Below, piece by piece: positions 12,490 to 25,489 of a DNA stretch of 64,000 nucleotides. The position numbers and the translations under genes are program-made. The notes under the pieces are model-generated. The model did no database searches. It worked only from the letters and a program-made list of their open reading frames with translations, and was not told the origin of the DNA. Location of the stretch: the NCBI RefSeq assembly GCF_036321535.1, contig NC_087437.1:105092001-105156000 (forward strand). Reading direction: 5' to 3'. Source of the DNA: Camelus dromedarius. Its lineage: Eukaryota. Positions within the stretch are counted from its first letter, which is position 1; the number at the start of each line of letters is the position of its first letter.

Positions 12490-12870
12490 ACTGTAACAAA
12501 GAGACACCTAAGGGTTAATATTTCTTTCTCCTTTAATAGTCCAGGCAGGCGTTCTGGGCTGGTGGGCAGCTCTCCTCCACCCAATGATTCAGAGTTCCCG
12601 GCTACTCCTTTCCAGAGCTCTACTGTCTTTTAGGGTCTTGTCCCCTTCCACATCAAAAAGTCTGGTCTGGTGACAGAAGAGAGAAGGGGTCCTGGATGAG
12701 TCACACCCACCCAGTTCAAGGTTCAAGCATAAAAGCACCACATGCTCTTTCTACTCTCATCCTATTAAGAATTCAGTCAAATGACTACAGCGACTGAAAG
12801 AGAGGCTGAAAAATGTCATCTTGTCCTGTGTCTTGGAAGATGACTTTGATCGATAGTCATCTCTGACACA
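12490..12870 (-). mobile_element. ERVL-MaLR LTR (MLT1J/K-like)
   Basis: CTACTGTAACAAAGAGACACC...GGGCTGGTGGGCAGCTCTCCTCCAC...GAGGCTGAAAAATGTCATCTT...TCTCTGACACA. Confidence 0.6.
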
Positions 12871-13164
12871 CACATCAACAGATTAATGTTGATGCATCAT
12901 GAAAAAAATAAGCAAGTTTCTAAAAAATGGTGATCCATCAAAAAGAAGCTAAAAAGTCAAGACCCCTTAACTAACAAAAATTTTAAAACAATTACTGCCA
13001 GTCACTTGACTATCATCAAATATGCCTTTTGAGGGCAAGAGAAAAAAACACTCTTAGCATACCAATTTTATCTACTTGGAAAATATTCATGAAAACAGCA
13101 TTATTATGAATTAGAAGAGATTAAGAACTCAATAGAGAAATGGGAGGGAGAAAATTCATACCTT

Positions 13165-13325
13165 CAAGTCTCATAAGTGTGTGCCTAAGTGAAGACCTCT
13201 CTGAACCTCAGATTTGTCTTCTGAAAAATGGAACAAAACATACCCAACCTAAGTAGTTCCCAGACTGCTTCATTTGTCAAAATTAAAACAAAATAAAGTG
13301 TGAAAAAGTACTCTGTAAAGTCAGC
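13165..13325 (+). mobile_element. MIR SINE fragment
   Basis: MIR core ACCTCTCTGAACCTCAGATTTGTCTTCTGAAAAATGG. Confidence 0.6.
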
Positions 13326-13614
13326 GAGCCACATAAACGCATACAAGGCATTGTATAAAATACTGATCTTTTTAATGATTTTTTAAAAATTCTAAAAAAA
13401 GCTGAATTGCATATGTTATTATTTATTGTGAAGGGTTTAAAATTTTAGCATAATCTTCTCAACAAATATTTACTTCATGCTTCATAATCAATAGCTCTAT
13501 TTGTCCTGTGTTTAAATCACTTAAGAAAAATAAAACTGTTATTTACTTTATTATTGTTATTATTTGTAGGTCCTTTGAAGAAAAAGAACATATTAAATTT
13601 CTACCCTGAATGTT

Positions 13615-14740
13615 ACAGCAACATTTTCCAAACATTTTTGTTAGTGCCTCTCCATCAGTAAAAAATTTTAACTTTGCTGTATGTGTGTGGATATGGGCAT
13701 ATGCATATTTTGTGTATATAGATAGATTTTATATCTAGTATTATTATATATCAGTATATTCTATATATTTAATAAAAAATAGAAATTTAATAATAAGTTC
13801 AAAACATGAGATAAGAGTTAAGGAAAATATTTAGTTTTTAACTTTATTTATTAGGGATAGAGAAAAAAATTTGTTCTCACTAACACATTGTTAAAAGTTT
13901 GGTTATTATATAATGGGAGGATTATTATTTACATATTATATACAATATTATTAATACTAAATTAATATATTAATATATTAATATGCTAATAGTGGGAATT
14001 ATGTTATCAAATTTGATTTCTCCCTGAAAAAACTGGCTTAACAATTTAGGATGCAGATATTCAAAACTCCGGTTCTAAATTGGTTTAGTTTTATATCATT
14101 GCTAGTGGATGTGAAACTTTTAAAAGATATCTCAGAAAGTTACAGTGTTTATTACATACATACTGAGACACATCAAAACACAGACAGAGTTATGAGATAG
14201 TTCGTTGTTACAACAGTGGATATAAATACATATTTCAATAAAATGCTAATATTGACTTTTGACTAATTTATTGTCATGTCTCATTAAGTCATTACTGTCT
14301 TTCATAATGGTGCTTCAAAAGCTCCCCTACTAGTAATATGAGAAAAGGTAATTCTGCCATTTTCTTACTGTTCATTTCTTGTATGTTAGTATTATCTTTG
14401 AACTACAGTTTCTACTAGGGAACATTTTAAAGACTTGCTCATTTGGGAACAATATTTCAGTTAAAACTACACATTCTTACTTAAAAAGGCAAAGAGATAC
14501 TATAGTTTGTGGCACTACTTTGGAAGCAAATGAGTGGAGTTCTCAGATGTGTTGAGTAGCCCAGCCAACACCTCACCACCGTGCGCGTGACCAGGTAGGT
14601 TCTAATGTCCTATATTCAGAAGCTTAACCCTTTCTTAATTTTAAAATAAAAATATGATTAGAAGTGCTATAGTTTTCTTCCTACACCACAGTGTATAATC
14701 TTGCATACTTGAGTATGCCTCACATTAAGTTACCATTACT
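13615..14740. mobile_element. Possible degenerate hAT-Charlie DNA transposon
   Basis: Ends resemble Charlie-type termini and sub-termini; the interior is AT-rich and poorly conserved. Tentative. Confidence 0.3.
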
Positions 14741-15727
14741 TTGAATTCCCTGGAAAGAACACTCAGATATCTCATTGGAGTATAAATTTGTATCTCACAT
14801 TGTGATAAAAAAGGAAAATTTTTATTGACTTTCAAATATTGCGTGAAACATAAAATCCATAAATTCAAGGTAAGTGTGTTTTTATATGCATCATAAAAGT
14901 ACATGAGTACTTAAACTCTGGATTTATTATGTTTGTGGAAAAATAGCTAACCTTGTCAGAGAAATTTTGAACATTTTCTGAAGGATTCTAGGAAGAGATG
15001 AAAACTACTAAACAGGCAATTTTATTTTAAATTTGTGTGTTTGCCTGGGGAAAGGAAAGAAATGGAGGAAAGTGTATGCATATTGAAATGTCTGAACCGC
15101 AAGAGAACTTTTGATCTCTTCCTTGCCAAAAAAGTCAGGATTCAAGATTACATTATGTATTTATGCCTGGAATATAGGCATTCACTCATTTGACTGTATT
15201 TCCATAAATATGCAATCACAAATTTCTAAAGGATACAAGTTTCCCATGTCAGATTTGTAGGAAATCCCAGCCAAGATATTTTATTCTGTATTTTCAGGAG
15301 AAAAATAGCTAGAAATTTCTTGCTTAAAAGAGCTAACTGTAGGTACTATTTTTAAGGAAATTTCATAGCATATCCTGAGGTCTGCTTACATATATAAAAT
15401 GTATATATACAGATATGCATGTCCGTTTTTCCCTTCAAGAAAATAATTACCTTTAAAAATGGAAAGTTATATTAAATTGCTTTTGTCCTCAGAATTTCCC
15501 ATTGGCAGATCATGAATAAGGTGCTAACGTAATTCCTGCCGGCATAGATTATGAAAAGTTTAAAGTAAAAAAAGTAAATAGAGCCATCAAGCTGGAACCA
15601 AATAATCCCTCTTTCTTATTGTCTAGATTAAATATTCATAGGTATTTCCTGCCCTGACTGAAGTGCGAAAACAAAAAGTAACCTTTTGGAATTGCTTAAA
15701 CGTACTGTAACATCATGGGAGGCAGAG

Positions 15728-15910
15728 GAAACACTATTGAGCATCTAATATATCTTGAACACACTGCTAAACGTATTCTATACTCACCTAATTTAATCCT
15801 TCCAACAACTATAGGATGAAGATAGTATTAGTTCCATTTTATTGGAAGGAGATTATGTTCAGAAGGATTTAGTCATTATGCCAATATCAGAGAGCTTGGA
15901 ACTGGCAGGT
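15728..15910 (-). mobile_element. MIR SINE
   Basis: CTATTGAGCATCTAATAT...ATTTAATCCTTCCAACAACTATAGGATG...TATTAGTTCCATTTTA. Confidence 0.7.
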
Positions 15911-16031
15911 GAAATATTGACAACTTAGAAATACCTTATCACAGGATGCTTATTCATTACAATGATAGAACAAAACTGTAATTATTTGGTCTTTGTGCAA
16001 AAGCATTCAAATGGTATTTTGTTCAACTAGT

Positions 16032-16272
16032 CCAAGGTTTCTCAACCTCAGAGCTATTGACAGTTTGGACCTGGTAATTCTTTGTTGCAGGTAATTCTTT
16101 GCTGCTAGCCTTTGTCCTGCACACTGTAGTACGTTTAGCAGCATCCCTGGCTTCTTTTCATTCTATGCCAATAAGCACACCCTGCTCAACCCAATTCTAG
16201 TAAACAAAATCGTCTCTTGACATTGTGAAATGTTCCTGGTAGGGCCAACTGCTCATCATTGAGAGCCACCAA
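16032..16272 (+). mobile_element. MER20 (hAT-Charlie MITE)
   Basis: GGTTTCTCAACCTCAGAGCTATTGACAGTTTGGACC...TGTCCTGCACACTGTAG...TTTAGCAGCATCCCTGGC...TTGAGAGCCAC; internal 17-bp tandem duplication at 16073-16106. Confidence 0.85.
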
Positions 16273-16430
16273 GCAGTAGAATACCATAAGAGTCAGGGCC
16301 ATTCACCCCACTCATGTTCCTTCTACCATGTGTGTACATATACACACGAACATTAAAAAGAGCAAAAATCAAAGAGAAAATGCAATAGTCAGCAACATGA
16401 TAAAAAATAACAAGCAGAAAAGTAGTACAT

Positions 16431-16530
16431 GGGGGGAGGGAAATAGCTCAACAGTAGAATGCTTGCTTAACATGGTTCTGGGTTCAATCCCAGTACCTCC
16501 ATTAAAAAAGAAAAAAAGAAAAGAAAAGAA
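16431..16530 (+). mobile_element. Camelid tRNA-derived SINE (vic-1-like)
   Basis: GGGGAGGGAAATAGCTCAACAGTAGAATGCTTGCTTAACATG...GGGTTCAATCCCAGTACCTCCATT (A and B boxes) followed by an A-rich tail. Confidence 0.85.
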
Positions 16531-17235
16531 TGTGAATCCACCTGCACACTTATGAAATTGTCACAATACAATTCGTTCTGGGAGAGGGAACACAAATGTC
16601 ATCAGAAGAAGAAACAAAACAAAAATAAATTTCAAACATTATCTCCTAAAGATATCCATTGGTGCCACACTCAGTTTAGCTGTCAAATCTCAAAATGTCC
16701 ACCAATTATATAGGAAGAAAATATAATATTGGGGTGCATGCAAAGGGGTGATGATCTGCAAACCCTCAGATGTCAGACAGCTGAAGCTAGAATGAACCAA
16801 GTGTTACTAAACCCCTTAAAGAATTCATCCAAGGTAAATCCAAGCAAAATCATTTTGCATCACACCTGAAGGGTAAATTAGTAACCAATGCATGCTCTAC
16901 AATACTCACAGTTTCTCGAAATACTTAATCTGAAAGATGGGGGCTAATTTTGAACCCCATAGGGTGACATTTTATTTTCTCAAGACAGTTCAAGATTCTG
17001 ACACCCAATTACATCTTGGTCACAACAGGTACTTTCCTCATTTCTTACTTAAGAAGAAAAGTCTGCTAGTATGAATCAAGGGCAAAAAAAGAGTTCTCAA
17101 GGGCTTACAATGAGACCACTATAGTAGGATATAAAACTTTTAAAGAGAAGAGTGAATGGGAGTTGAAAGTTCACTTTCTACATGGGTTTATTTCTCCTTC
17201 GTCGGTGTGGCTATAAAATGATCAGGACGAGGGAA

Positions 17236-17420
17236 TTTTATTTTTTAATTGAAGAATAATCAGTTTACAATGTTGCATCAATTTCTGGTGTAGAGCATAA
17301 TGTTTCAGTCATATATATATATACACACACACATATATTCATTTTCATATTTTTTCATTATAGGTCACTACAAGACATTGAATATAGTTCCCTGTGCTAT
17401 ACAGTATGAACTTGTTTAAT
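17236..17420 (-). mobile_element. 5'-truncated L1 3' end
   Basis: TTTTTAATTGAAG...CAGTTTACAATGTTG...GAATATAGTTCCCTGTGCTATACAGTA is the reverse complement of the tail at 7552-7706. Confidence 0.9.
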
Positions 17421-17489
17421 TTGTTACTGGTAGTTTCCACAGATAAAATATTATCGATTTTCAATAACACTTTATTACCACTTATACCC

Positions 17490-17578
17490 ATTTTCTGTAT
17501 TTTTCTTGCCATAGACTGGTGACAAACAAATTATGAACAAATGCCAGTTTGTGGACCACTGTTTGAATAGAACAGTGT
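17490..17578 (-). mobile_element. hAT-Charlie MITE terminus (MER112/MER119-like)
   Basis: GACTGGTGACAAACA...TGTGGACCACTGTTTGAATAG resembles the reverse complement of the CAGTGCTACTCAAAGTGTGGTCC terminus. Confidence 0.4.
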
Positions 17579-17659
17579 TAACCTCTCTACCCTCTGTATC
17601 TTTTCTTTGCACTCATCTAGCAAATTCTAGTCCCAGATGACCTGCCTTTTCCTGAGCTT

Positions 17660-18290
17660 CCAAAGAAAATTGGGAGATATCCCTCCCACTTTCAAAAACC
17701 AGTCTCTTCACTTGTGTTTTGGATTTCATCTGAATTAAACCTCTAAGAAATCTGACACTATCAAACATATTTTTTTCTTTCCAATTCTTGACATGCTCAC
17801 ATACAGCTCATCTTACAAAATAAAGTTTTACTCAACTGCTCACTTCCCATCTACCATCCTATCTCTCTCCTCCCCTTCATGACCGAACTTCTTCAAACAG
17901 TTGGCATTTTCTTCTATTTCTGTGTCTTCATTTTACCCTAATTTTTCAACTCACTCCATCTGATTCAGTTCCTACCACTCAATCAAAGTAGCTTTTTCTA
18001 ATGTAACCAGAGATTTCCATTTTGATAAAGTATATAAACATTTCACTCATATGTATATAGTATGACTGGTTTCTTCTTTCTAAGAGCTGTTTTTTGTTTT
18101 TGTTTTTGTTTTTGTTTTCCTTTCTGGAATTCTCTGACAACTCACTGACCTAGCTCTTTTTATCTCCTAGAATCATTCACTTTTATCCAGATCATTAAAC
18201 ACTGGATTTTCTTCTGCCATTCTTCAGGCTGTTTTTCACTCTTCATCTAAATTCTCTCTCTAGCAATCTCATTGATGCATAAGGCTAATA
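17660..18290 (+). mobile_element. LINE-2 ORF2 fragment
   Basis: Pyrimidine-rich sense L2 signature (CTACCATCCTATCTCTCTCCTCCCCTTCA, AACTTCTTCAAACAGTTG, CCTACCACTC). Confidence 0.65.
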
Positions 18291-20622
18291 CTACATACAT
18301 ATGTATCTTCAAAAGCTATGTATATGGGTTACTATTTATATATATATAATATAATGTGCAAAATTTAATAAATAAAAGATGAAGGATTTCAAATTTATTT
18401 GTAACATTATTATTTTACTTAATAAAAGATCACAAGGTTATTACAAAAAACTAGAAAATTAGGATTTAATCAATAGTCTTCAAAAATGCAAAACAAATTT
18501 TAATTCTTTAGATCAATTAGCTATTTATTTTTATTTCTTATACTTTTCTCAAAAACTATTTTTAGTTAAGGATTTATAAACCAAAAGAACAAGTGTCTTG
18601 CATAGCATGACAATATGGTAAAAAAAAATCTCTTTTATGCTTCTCATGGATTGTATTTTTCCTGAGACTACAAACATTAATCTGAAATAGTCCAAAGATC
18701 GAGAAAGTATTTTCCTACAGCTTTTTAAAATCCTTTTTTCTGTTCTTAAAGAAGTGAGTTTTGACTTTCGGTGCCAGTAAGTATTGCTCCCACAACACTC
18801 CTACTAGCTCTATATACATGGAAGCCCTCTGAAAAAAATGACTTGTGCAGAATGAAACCAATGTCCTTGGCAAGACATCCTCATGAGACAGGACAAAGCT
18901 TTATCTCTGACTCCTCTGTTCACCCCAGAGAAGGCTGCCGGTCAATCTGAGTTGGTCCTCTCAGGCAAAGATCGAAAGTAGAGTCAGCTCCCAGCTCTGA
19001 CATTACAGAGCCAGGCCATAGTGAGAACTGTAGCAAGATTTCATTTCCAGATACTTGATCTCAAGGCAGGTGTTAGGCAATTGAAGCCAAGTTGGTCCTT
19101 ATTAAACGGGGCTCATTTTCCCTACTTTACTGTTGGAAACAAAACACGTCTTGTATTGACATATTGTACTGATTTTTTTATAAAGCCTATCATACATCCC
19201 ACAGTTAACCTTGCAACTTGAGTCCACTGGACTCAAAGGAGGGTCATGTACTTCTTTCTTTTCTGACATTGTCTTAGCAGGCTCTGTCAGCATAGACACG
19301 GCAATATTACTGCAAAATCCTTCTAAGTCTTCTAAATCCTGAAAAGCTACCTTTCAATATAACTTATGCACTGTCTCCAATTTACTTCATTCTTTATCCT
19401 CTGACAATTGCTTTGTATAACATATATTGGACTTATCTATTAACCAGGTTATGAAGACTATTTTTCAAAATAGCTCATGCACTTATGATGTTTACATAGT
19501 GGTTGAATAGGAACCATGAACTTGGCAGTCTCCACTGACCAGAAAAATCCCCCAGGAAACCCTGCTACTCAGCCTTAATTATGAACCCAGCCTTGGGTAG
19601 AGCAATATGGTTGCATATTAACTACCTGCAGTTTCACTAGACCATCTCTGTTTTCTATTACTTATTTTGTAGCATTTGAGAGACATGTTCCACATATATA
19701 ATGTCTTATATAAAAAAGAATTTTCCTAACTTGCAATCTCTGGATGAATTTAAAAATAATATTGATAAATGCTTCTGTCTGTAGTCATCATTTATTAAAG
19801 TGCACTGTACATAGTAAAATATGCTAATCTCCTTCATTCTTAATGGTGGACACAGGTAATCCTCTTAGTTGACAAGGACCTCTGCAATTACAACCTTGCA
19901 TACCCATTCCTCCACTTTGCATAGTAAACATGCAGATTGCATGGATCAATTAGGTCCCATATCTACATTGCCCTATAAGATATAACCAAGAAATGAAAGA
20001 AGAGACACATCCAGAGAGGGAGCAAAGCTTTGTTTTTGGATCCTAAGTGGCAAGTTGATTAGTTTGCTCTGAAAGAAGCTTAAAAGACTTCCAGCTCACA
20101 TATTCACCCAGCTCAGAGTGACAAAGCCACATTATGTCTCATAAGGCATCTTCTTCAACTGAGACCAAATTAAACATGCAGCGTCCCCGGGAATAATGTT
20201 CCCCTAAGCAGGCTCTGAAGCCTCAGTTGGCATTGTTGTAACAGATGGCATTTCCAAAAGTGCTGTGAAGCTCAGAGAAATACCAAGTAGAATCAACTCA
20301 TGAAACTGGTCATGGGAGCAGAGTTGGGGAGCGAATTCAGGGGGGTCCTTGGGAGAAGCAAGCTACCATTTATTGAGCCCCTCCTATGGTACCAGTGACT
20401 TCACAAATATATCTCCTTCAAGCCTTAGAGCCAGATATTTTGATCAGATATTTCTTTTTATATTTACAGAGCCATGCAATCAAGTATGTTCACATTTGGA
20501 GCTGACCACTTTGATGCAAGGATGAAAAAGGTAACTTGCCCTAGATGTTTAGAAAAAGGGAAGAGAGACATTTGAAAAAGCAATGACAGGTATGAAACAC
20601 AGGAAAGGAGCGTCTCCTAACC

Positions 20623-20873
20623 CAGTATGTTCCTCAATAAACATGTGTTCCCCAGACCAGTCCCATTTTTAAACTGTGAACCCATCCAAAAATTAAGTAC
20701 AGACATTGAGATTAAGCACAAATAAACTTTTATAACAATTCAACCTTGCAATGATATCCAAAACCCTAATCACTTGGGGGTGGGAGGTCATTCTGTCATT
20801 CTGTTTGTTCATTCTTATTCTATTTTACATAAATTTTAGTCCATGATAGACCACACTATTTTGAGAAGCATTA
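20623..20873 (+). mobile_element. hAT-Charlie MITE (MER112/MER119-like)
   Basis: TAAGTACAGACATTGAGA, AAACTTTTATAACAATT, and end TTTGAGAAGCATTA; degenerate 8-bp flanks TCCTAACC/ACCTAATA. Confidence 0.5.
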
Positions 20874-21772
20874 ACCTAATATAATTATGGATAGAAGAAA
20901 AATAGCCAGCAGGAGAGATCATCTTAATTGATTCTTACAGCATAAGAACCCATATCCTCTTCAACGAGACAGGTTAAAAAAAAAGGAGGCAAGAGTGGTC
21001 AAACTGAGAAATCACCATGCAAAAATGAGACTGGAACCCAAAGTTTAATCTCTTTTCCAAATTTGACAGTTTGGAACTGGAACATCTGAGTCAAGATTTA
21101 AGCCCAACTTTAACCATGAAGTTTGTGCCTGTTCCACTTTGATCAAAGTACCGCACTGAAATTGGTGATTGATGGGTAAACACTATTTTCCCACCTTTCA
21201 GAAGTGAGCCTAGAGTCAGCCCTGACAACTATGATTCTCCAGGACATATTTTACTAGTCTGGCTGTTTCTGTTGGGAGCAAAATACAGATTGAAACAAAA
21301 AGAGATGAGCAAAAATAACCTCCCATTTCTAGAGGGAGAGGGAAAAAAGGCTCTTACAACTGCTGGACTCCCTGAGAGCTAGTGGGCAGTAAAGGTAATT
21401 TCTGACACAATAAGAATATCTTAGGTGGTTGCATCTATCTTCAATATTCCTGTTTCCCACAATCATTTTTCCCATTCAAAAAATATTTTTAAAAAAGCAG
21501 AGAAATATTTCTGTTAACACAGTAAATTGAATAAACAGTACTAAAATCTTTGGTTCCAAAAGGTTAATTTTTAAGGTAGTTTTAAATCTCCTGAAATAAT
21601 AGATGTTTTAAGAGAACGTTTCACTATATTTTGCTTAGCTAGTGCAAGTTATATTTCTGGACTCATCCTATGTGTTTCAGAGAAGCACCCAAGCATATTT
21701 TTTTCTTTGGCATGGAATTATGTCATTATTAGGCTGCACCTCACAGTCCTGCAATCTTTACAGCTTCTCAGC

Positions 21773-22286
21773 TGTGAAACTGAAGAAACAACCCAGAGTC
21801 AGTGACAGAGACATCAGCAATTTATTATACAAGGAACTTACAAGTCAGAGGCAAAGGTCCTGGAGAAACCCTCCACCAGGTACCACTGATGGCAGGCAAA
21901 ACAGAACAGCAATCTTTGCGACACAGGGAAGGAGGAGGCTACTAGTTACAAGGGTATGACATCAGAAGGGCTCCTTGATTGCCAGGGGGACTATTGGAAC
22001 ACGCCCCCCCCACACACCCACTCCCATCTCTTTGGGTTAGAAACTCTTGTGAAGGCCACTGTTTCCTATGATGAACCAACAGACTGGAGCCCTTCTGGTC
22101 CCAGGACTGGAAAAATCCAGTCATTAGCTGGAAGTCCTGCTGATCACTCAGGTAGTTACTGATTAAACACTCAGCTTAGGAGGAGGAAGCAATCACATGC
22201 ATAAGGTAAGGGTGAAGCAGGGCCAGGTCAGGCAGGGGAGGTACAGAGAGCAAGAAAGCAAACATCTTATGGGGCCTTAGCATACA
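21773..22286 (-). mobile_element. Solo LTR-like element, family not recognised
   Basis: About 510-bp GC-richer block bounded by TG...CA, with a minus-strand AATAAA near its left end (TTTATT at about 21820). No TSD found. Confidence 0.5.
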
Positions 22287-22898
22287 GGAATTCAAATATA
22301 AAATTCAAAAATGTCTAATAAACAAAATTCAACTCAATCAATGACTTCAGCTGATCACACTTTCCATTAGCAGAGTCGTTATGATAACCATAGTCCTGAC
22401 TCCTGCAAGACATTAAGTCATCATTAACCAGGTAAAGAAATATTTTGCATGTGTAATTTCAGTCCCTGAATCAAGACAAAGCGATGATTTGTTTTGTTCT
22501 GATGTAAGCGATTTCTGGTGGAGAAGTGGGATGAGGTCAACCAGGGAATATTCTAGGTCTGGCATCGGGAACATAGCACAGAACTGGGCATTGAGAGAAG
22601 AAAGCAGAAACCTCAGCCCTAATTAAGTTAGGGTAAGAAGTGTGCCAGAGGTCCCAGTGTCCACGGAGGCTAAGACTCAGGGTCAGAGTAGGGATGCGGG
22701 TGAACTAGGAGTCATCACAGAACACGGTTAGGATAGATGTGCTTGGATGCAATGCAACCTTATGGGATGGGGTTGGTGGAAGGGCCTGGCTTTACTGCTG
22801 GAAGTTCAGAAGTTGTAACTGAATCCCGCAGACTCTGAGATCCAGCTGTCCTGCCAGTAACTGCTGTGCATGGGCTTTGTGTAGAGAAGCATCTAGGA

Positions 22899-23067
22899 CA
22901 GTGGTTCTCAAACTTGAGCATGTGACAGAATATATAGGTCTGATTCTTAAAAATGTAGCCCCTGGCCCAACCCTAGAGATTCTGATTCAGTCTGGAGTGC
23001 CCTAGGAATGTATATTTTAAAACGACTCCAAGATAATTCTGATGGAGATTTCTGATTAGAAAGTATG
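22899..23067 (+). mobile_element. MER5A-like hAT-Charlie MITE with 8-bp TSD
   Basis: CAGTGGTTCTCAAACTTGAGCATG...AGAGATTCTGATTCAGT; TSD ATCTAGGA (22891-22898) and GTCTAGGA (23068-23075). Confidence 0.85.
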
Positions 23068-23729
23068 GTCTAGGAGGTAAACATGAGTTAAAAGGCTCTC
23101 TCCACTCTGGCAGGAACATCCTTAACAAATATGTAATCTAATAAAATATTTCTTGAAGGCAAAAATGGGAAGACAGAATTTACTATGACCACTCTCCCTT
23201 GTTCAGTTTACAAAATAGATACATATAATTATTACATTATGATACCTCCAATTTTCAGAGGCTTTTAAGAAATTACTAAAAATTTTAAAAATGTTTTAAT
23301 TCAAGTCACTGTAACAAATTAAGTGTATGACAGACATTCAGAGAAAAGAAACTTGATTTTTAAATTAAAAAAAAAAGGTGAAAATCCCATTTATGATCCT
23401 TTGTGATTTATCATGATTCACATGCTATTTACACATCAGATTTTTTTGAGGTAAAATAGAAATACTGTACTTGTTGAAAATCATTAATATGAGAATTAAA
23501 TTGGCAGCATAAACATAAGCTTCTAGTTCTAAACATGGCATACAGGAGAATTCCAACATTTTTTAATGGATTGATAAGTGGATGAAAAAATATTTAGATG
23601 GGAAAGATGGCTTTTATGGAATAAAATTAAAGGTTGGCTAAATTGGTGTGTTAAATTTCTAAGTTATTGGCAAATATAATGGACAATTCTTTCCTATTAT
23701 CTTTTATTACCAATGACTCTGGATCCATT

Positions 23730-24060
23730 GCTGTTTGACTACAGAGAAAAATTAGTTCCTTTACATGTTACAACTTTTGAATATCCTTCCCATCGTCTTC
23801 AGTACTTTTGTGAATTTCTAGAGTATGGACTGCAAGGAGTCCCAGGGAAGTTCCCAGTTACGGGGGCTGTCTTCCATGCTAACCCTTCACTTGACCTCAT
23901 TTGCAGGCATCACTGTCTCATCTTGGTCTCACTAGAATCAAGGCAGAATTGGCATTTTCCTTGTCACATTCCATTTATTTCCCAGTGCACATTGCAGCTT
24001 ACATTATGTTCATTTTCTTCAGAGTTGCTAGTGAGGTGTAAAATCATGCACTGTTGGATG
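23730..24060 (-). mobile_element. Possible CR1/L3 LINE fragment
   Basis: Reverse complement contains CCAACAGTG...AAGCTGCAAT...ACAAGGAAAATG...GTGAGACCA...GATGGGAAGG...AAGGAACT in the order of the recalled L3 RT C-terminal region; very degenerate. Confidence 0.35.
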
Positions 24061-24189
24061 GCATTGCTCTCCAAATGGGACAAAGATGAATAATGCAGAC
24101 CAAAAATCAGGCGTGGACAATGTGACTTTTCAATCTGTAATATGCACTTCATGCTATGGAGATCCCACGTTTTCCCCCAAGAAACACTA

Positions 24190-24598
24190 CTGGGCTGAAT
24201 ATTCACTGGGGAGGGAAGAGTTTGGGGTAGTATTCCGATTTTCATTTCAGCTCCATCTTTCCAAAGGGAGGAGGAATTTTTATCCTTACTTAGCTTGGAT
24301 CAGAAGTGACATGGCATGATGGGTATTTCTAATCTGCAAGGCTTATTTTATTATAATGAGGGCATAATAAGCAAGAGGTTACATTTTGACACTGGAGATT
24401 CCTGCCTTTTCCCACCTTTCTTTGCCTGCCTCCAGGAAACTTGTCACCCTCAAATATGTGATCTCTTATCAGTCCTGATATTCCTGCTTTTCTTTGTCTG
24501 CTCAAGGACCCCAGTTGTTCACAGGATGTATGGTTTCCTGCCATTTGGCCCTGGACCCCCTTTCTCTGCTCACATCTAGCTACCCGTCTGATCTAACA
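24190..24598 (-). mobile_element. ERV1-type LTR, 3'-truncated
   Basis: Minus strand starts TGTTAGATCAGACGGGTAGCTAGATGTGAGCAGAG...GGCCAAATGGCAGGAAACCATACATCCTG like laurasiatherian ERV1 LTRs; similarity ends near TGAATATTC, with no TATA box, poly(A) signal or CA end seen. Confidence 0.6.
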
Positions 24599-24656
24599 CA
24601 AATACATAGATGCAGTTGTAGTCTAGGTCACTGTGAATGTATAATTTACTTATACC

Positions 24657-25131
24657 TGTGAACGAAAATACTGCAACCATATCAGTAAACAAAGAATGCT
24701 GAAACCAAGTCATCAGCGGCTGCCGCCACCCCACAGTGAGGACAGGCCTGCAGCCCGGCCTCTGCAGCCACTCACAATGGTGCACCCTGAGGGGACTCAG
24801 AATAAGAAAGGACAGGATACTGGCCCTAGATAGCTAAGGTGCTTGTCAAAGGAATGAATTCAATAAGCCCAAATGTTTGCTTCCTTCCATACACAGAAAA
24901 GCGCTAAATTCTTTAACCTGAGATACCTGGTTTTTGTTAGATAACAAGTAATCTTTTATTGTTCGAACTACCTGGTCTTTGTTGTAAAGCTCCTATATAT
25001 CCTAGCTCCTCCCCTACCTCTTCAGAGCGGTCCCTCAGAGCGATCTGAGAGACGGTCATCCCGGCTCGAGTCCTCCCGCCAAATAAAACGTAACTCTCAG
25101 CTTGTAGGCTGCGCATTTATTTCAGTCGACA
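24657..25131 (+). mobile_element. Young ERV1-class solo LTR (copy A), 475 bp, TSD TACC
   Basis: TGTGAACG...GTCGACA termini; TACC at 24653-24656 and 25132-25135; TATATA at 24994-24999; AATAAA at 25082-25087; many retained CpGs. Confidence 0.93.
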
Positions 25132-25135
25132 TACC

Positions 25136-25485
25136 TTTTGGATTTTCTCAGGCCCAATTTTGAATCCATAGTACAGTGAATTGCTATTGCATCCTACTCC
25201 TCAAAAGCATATGACTCAGTGGGAATCTCTGGTCCCACACATATTTGGTGTCTTAGGCCCAAGTATCCAGTCTCCACTAAGACCCAATTGCACACCAGGA
25301 GTGTCTTTTCAAATGGCGAATAATTTACCCTGTAAAATACATAACCTTGCTCCAAAACCCTAATGATCTCTGCTTTGGCTCTCTTACTAGAACTTGGTCA
25401 GAGACTCTATGCAGCCTCCTCACACACTGGATCTTACATGTTGCATGGTCTAATCAACACAAAAACTTGCTCCACTCCAGTCTAG
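25136..25485 (-). mobile_element. Fossil ERVL pol, RNase H-region remnant
   Basis: Minus-strand translation with frameshifts, QVLVREPKQRSLGFWSKVM...NYSPFEKTLLVCNWVLVETGYL...HQICVGPEIP, aligns to ERVL pol RPLGFWSKALP...NYSPFERQLLACYWALVETE; continues at 24600-24652 beyond LTR A. Confidence 0.85.
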
Positions 25486-25489
25486 ACTC

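Noticed and set aside
16431..16502. Functional tRNA gene (also 711-765)
   Set aside because: The cloverleaf is disrupted by deletions and both copies have SINE-type A-rich tails.
23850..24215. Gypsy-like RT remnant on the minus strand (SPVVFL...YYRLKSH...DKENA)
   Set aside because: It needs several frameshifts, has no YxDD motif, and partly overlaps the LTR end. A nucleotide-level CR1/L3 resemblance explains the region at least as well; neither call is secure.
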